Part shown: one piece after another, positions 44,377 to 46,255 of the stretch | Layout: every line of letters starts with the position of its first letter | How positions within the stretch are numbered: position 1 is the stretch's first letter | Assembly (NCBI GenBank): GCA_045640925.1 | Contig: JAZUFY010000155.1 | Location: 1 to 46,255, forward strand | Length of the DNA: 46,255 bases | DNA from: Bacteroidales bacterium | GTDB taxonomy: Bacteria > Bacteroidota > Bacteroidia > Bacteroidales > P3 | Direction: 5' to 3' | The notes under the pieces: generated by a model | What the model was told of the DNA's origin: nothing | Databases searched by the model: none | Seen by the model: only the letters and a program-made list of their open reading frames with translations | Program-made: the position numbers and the translations under genes

Positions 44377-46191
44377 TTATTGTGCGAAATAGTCGATTAT
44401 GATCTTGGCTTTGGCTGGGCCTACGACTTTGGCAAGGTCGGCTTCGGTTTGTAGGCGGACTTCTTTGAGGCTGCCGAACTTGAGCAGGAGGTCTCGGGCG
44501 GTCTTTTCTCCGATACCTGGGATGTCGGTGAGTTGTGTGCGGAAGGTGCCTTTGCTGCGTTTGTCTTTGTGGAAGGTAATGGCGAAGCGGTGCACCTCGT
44601 TTTGAATTTGCTCGAGGAGATGGAAGAGAGGATCGGTAGGTTTGAGGCCTATGACGGCGGGAGGAAAGCCGTAGAGGAGCTCGGAGGTGTGGTGTCGGTC
44701 GTCTTTGGCAAGACCTGCAATGGGTATGTCGAGATGCAGTTGGTCGTGGATGACTTCACGAGCCACCTCCATTTGACCTTTGCCACCATCCACTACAAGT
44801 AGTTGTGGAAGTGGCTGTCCTTCATCGGATAGGCGTTTGTAACGACGATATATTACTTCGGCCATAGAGGCATAGTCGTCAGGGCCTTCGACAGTTTTGA
44901 TATTGAATTTGCGATATTCTTTTCGGTTAGGTTTGCCATTAGTGAAACGCACCATGGCTGCCACAGGGTAAGCACCTTGGATGTTTGAATTGTCGAAACA
45001 TTCGATGTTGACAGGCAACATGGGCAATTGCAAAGCCTTTTGGATACGTTCCAAGAGATGCTCGTTGCGATGCGAAGCTCCACCTTCGTCAGGATTGACC
45101 AAAGCCCGCTGATGTCGGCATTGCAACTGATAGGCTTTGACGTTGCGCATGGAGAGTTCGAGCAACTGGAGTCGGTCGCCTCGCGTAGGGACGGTTTGTT
45201 TGAGGTACTCTTCAGGAAGTTCGGCAATATGCATCGGCACCACTACTTCGTGCGCGGTGCTCTCGGTTTGTTCGTGCAGGGCGGGGATTATAGTGGAGAG
45301 AATCTCTTCATCGGTCTCGTCCAGTTGTTTGCGAATTTCGTTGGCAAAACTATAAATGATGCTGCCGTTTTTGATACGCATCATGTGGACGTAGGCATAT
45401 TTTTCATCGGAAAGAATGCCTACAACATCCACATCCCGCACGTTGGTGTTGACCACGGTGGAGCGACTTTGGTATTCCTGCAGCAAGTGGATTTTGCGTT
45501 TCATCACTTCGGCTTCTTCAAAACGCAACTCATCGGCCAGAGAAAGCATTTGCTGCTTCATGGCGGAAAGGATGTCGGCAAAATCGCCTTTGAGAATACG
45601 TCGCACATTTTCAACATCAGCCAGATACTCCTCATGGGTTTGAAGTCCTGCACAAGGGGCTTTGCAAAGGCCTATCTGGTGCTTCATACAAGGCCGAGAC
45701 TGCATCTTATTGCATGTGCGAAAGTTGAACAATTTTCCGATAATGTCTTGAAGTTCACGAAGGATGCGTTGATTGGGGTAGGGGCCGAAATACTGTCCCT
45801 TGTTCAGATGATTGCGTACAAACAACAGACGGGGGTACTCCTCATCGGTGATGCAGAGATAGGGATAAGACTTGTCGTCCTTGAGCAAACTATTGTACCT
45901 CGGCTGATAGCGCTTGATGAGGTTGTTTTCCAAAAGAAGTGCATCGACCTCGGTGGCCACTACCGTGACGCGGATGTCGTAGATGTGTCGCACGAGCATC
46001 CGAATTTTGGCGCTTTTATCCTCATAATGAGAAAAATAAGAACTCACACGGCGTTGAAGATTGCGAGCCTTGCCTACATAAATAACCGTTCCCGATTCGT
46101 CGAGGTGCTGGTATACACCTGGCGTTTCGGGAATAGTTTTGAGCCGTAAGGCTATACGTTCAATATTTTTATTGATGGAGGCATCAATCAT
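44377..46191 (-). CDS. uvrC: Excinuclease ABC subunit C
   Basis: 604 aa. GIY-YIG region GVYQHLDESGTVIYVGKARNLQRRVSSYF. UVR domain. C-terminal (HhH)2 IPGIGEKTARDLL. Confidence 0.95.
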   Translation of the reverse strand: MIDASINKNIERIALRLKTIPETPGVYQHLDESGTVIYVGKARNLQRRVSSYFSHYEDKSAKIRMLVRHIYDIRVTVVATEVDALLLENNLIKRYQPRYNSLLKDDKSYPYLCITDEEYPRLLFVRNHLNKGQYFGPYPNQRILRELQDIIGKLFNFRTCNKMQSRPCMKHQIGLCKAPCAGLQTHEEYLADVENVRRILKGDFADILSAMKQQMLSLADELRFEEAEVMKRKIHLLQEYQSRSTVVNTNVRDVDVVGILSDEKYAYVHMMRIKNGSIIYSFANEIRKQLDETDEEILSTIIPALHEQTESTAHEVVVPMHIAELPEEYLKQTVPTRGDRLQLLELSMRNVKAYQLQCRHQRALVNPDEGGASHRNEHLLERIQKALQLPMLPVNIECFDNSNIQGAYPVAAMVRFTNGKPNRKEYRKFNIKTVEGPDDYASMAEVIYRRYKRLSDEGQPLPQLLVVDGGKGQMEVAREVIHDQLHLDIPIAGLAKDDRHHTSELLYGFPPAVIGLKPTDPLFHLLEQIQNEVHRFAITFHKDKRSKGTFRTQLTDIPGIGEKTARDLLLKFGSLKEVRLQTEADLAKVVGPAKAKIIIDYFAQ

Positions 46192-46255
46192 TCGGGGTAC
46201 TCGAGTTTGGCCTTGACGATGTTCAGCCGCAAACTCTCAATGCCGTGAATCTCAT
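46188..46255 (-). CDS. 3' end of an unidentified upstream gene; its N-terminus lies outside the window
   Basis: The minus-strand frame reads ...EIHGIESLRLNIVKAKLEYPE*. Its TGA overlaps the uvrC ATG (ATGA). Confidence 0.5.
   Translation of the reverse strand, partial: EIHGIESLRLNIVKAKLEYPE

Overview
This looks like a chromosomal segment from a Bacteroidota (Bacteroidales-like) genome. The supporting signs are repeated TAnnTTTG -7 promoter boxes 17-65 nt upstream of most gene starts (about 190 nt for rho and about 135 nt for the primase-helicase gene), a Rho factor with a long N-terminal insertion, and typical Bacteroidota genes (DUF721, DUF4491, DUF5106/thioredoxin, BspA-type LRR). Most of the window is housekeeping: gcvH, rho, ltaE, tpiA, lpdA, ispH, recF, pepA, pdxA, polA, parC, hflX and uvrC. 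Two regions look accessory. (1) At the left edge, a 1,978-codon minus-strand frame (1-5934) stays open to the window edge, so the ORF track does not list it. It encodes a giant modular secreted repeat protein. It contains a low-GC mosaic segment and follows a beta-helix protein gene. (2) At about 32.0-37.7 kb there is a REP-flanked IS200-like Y1 (RAYT) transposase gene. Next comes a lone primase-helicase gene (BT4734-like N-terminal domain, PriCT-like segment, DUF3987-like P-loop) surrounded by four kinds of short-period repeat arrays. One of these is an origin-like structure immediately 3' of the gene: two inverted sets of heptamer repeats flanking a 107-bp AT-rich core. The region also holds an untracked 38-aa lipoprotein gene with its own promoter and terminator, and an XRE-type HTH gene preceded by an AT-rich region with palindromic operator-like sites. 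I propose this region is a cryptic or decayed integrative replicon, but no integrase is visible. I recognised no CRISPR array, tRNA or rRNA. All function calls come from reading motifs in the translations, not from database searches.
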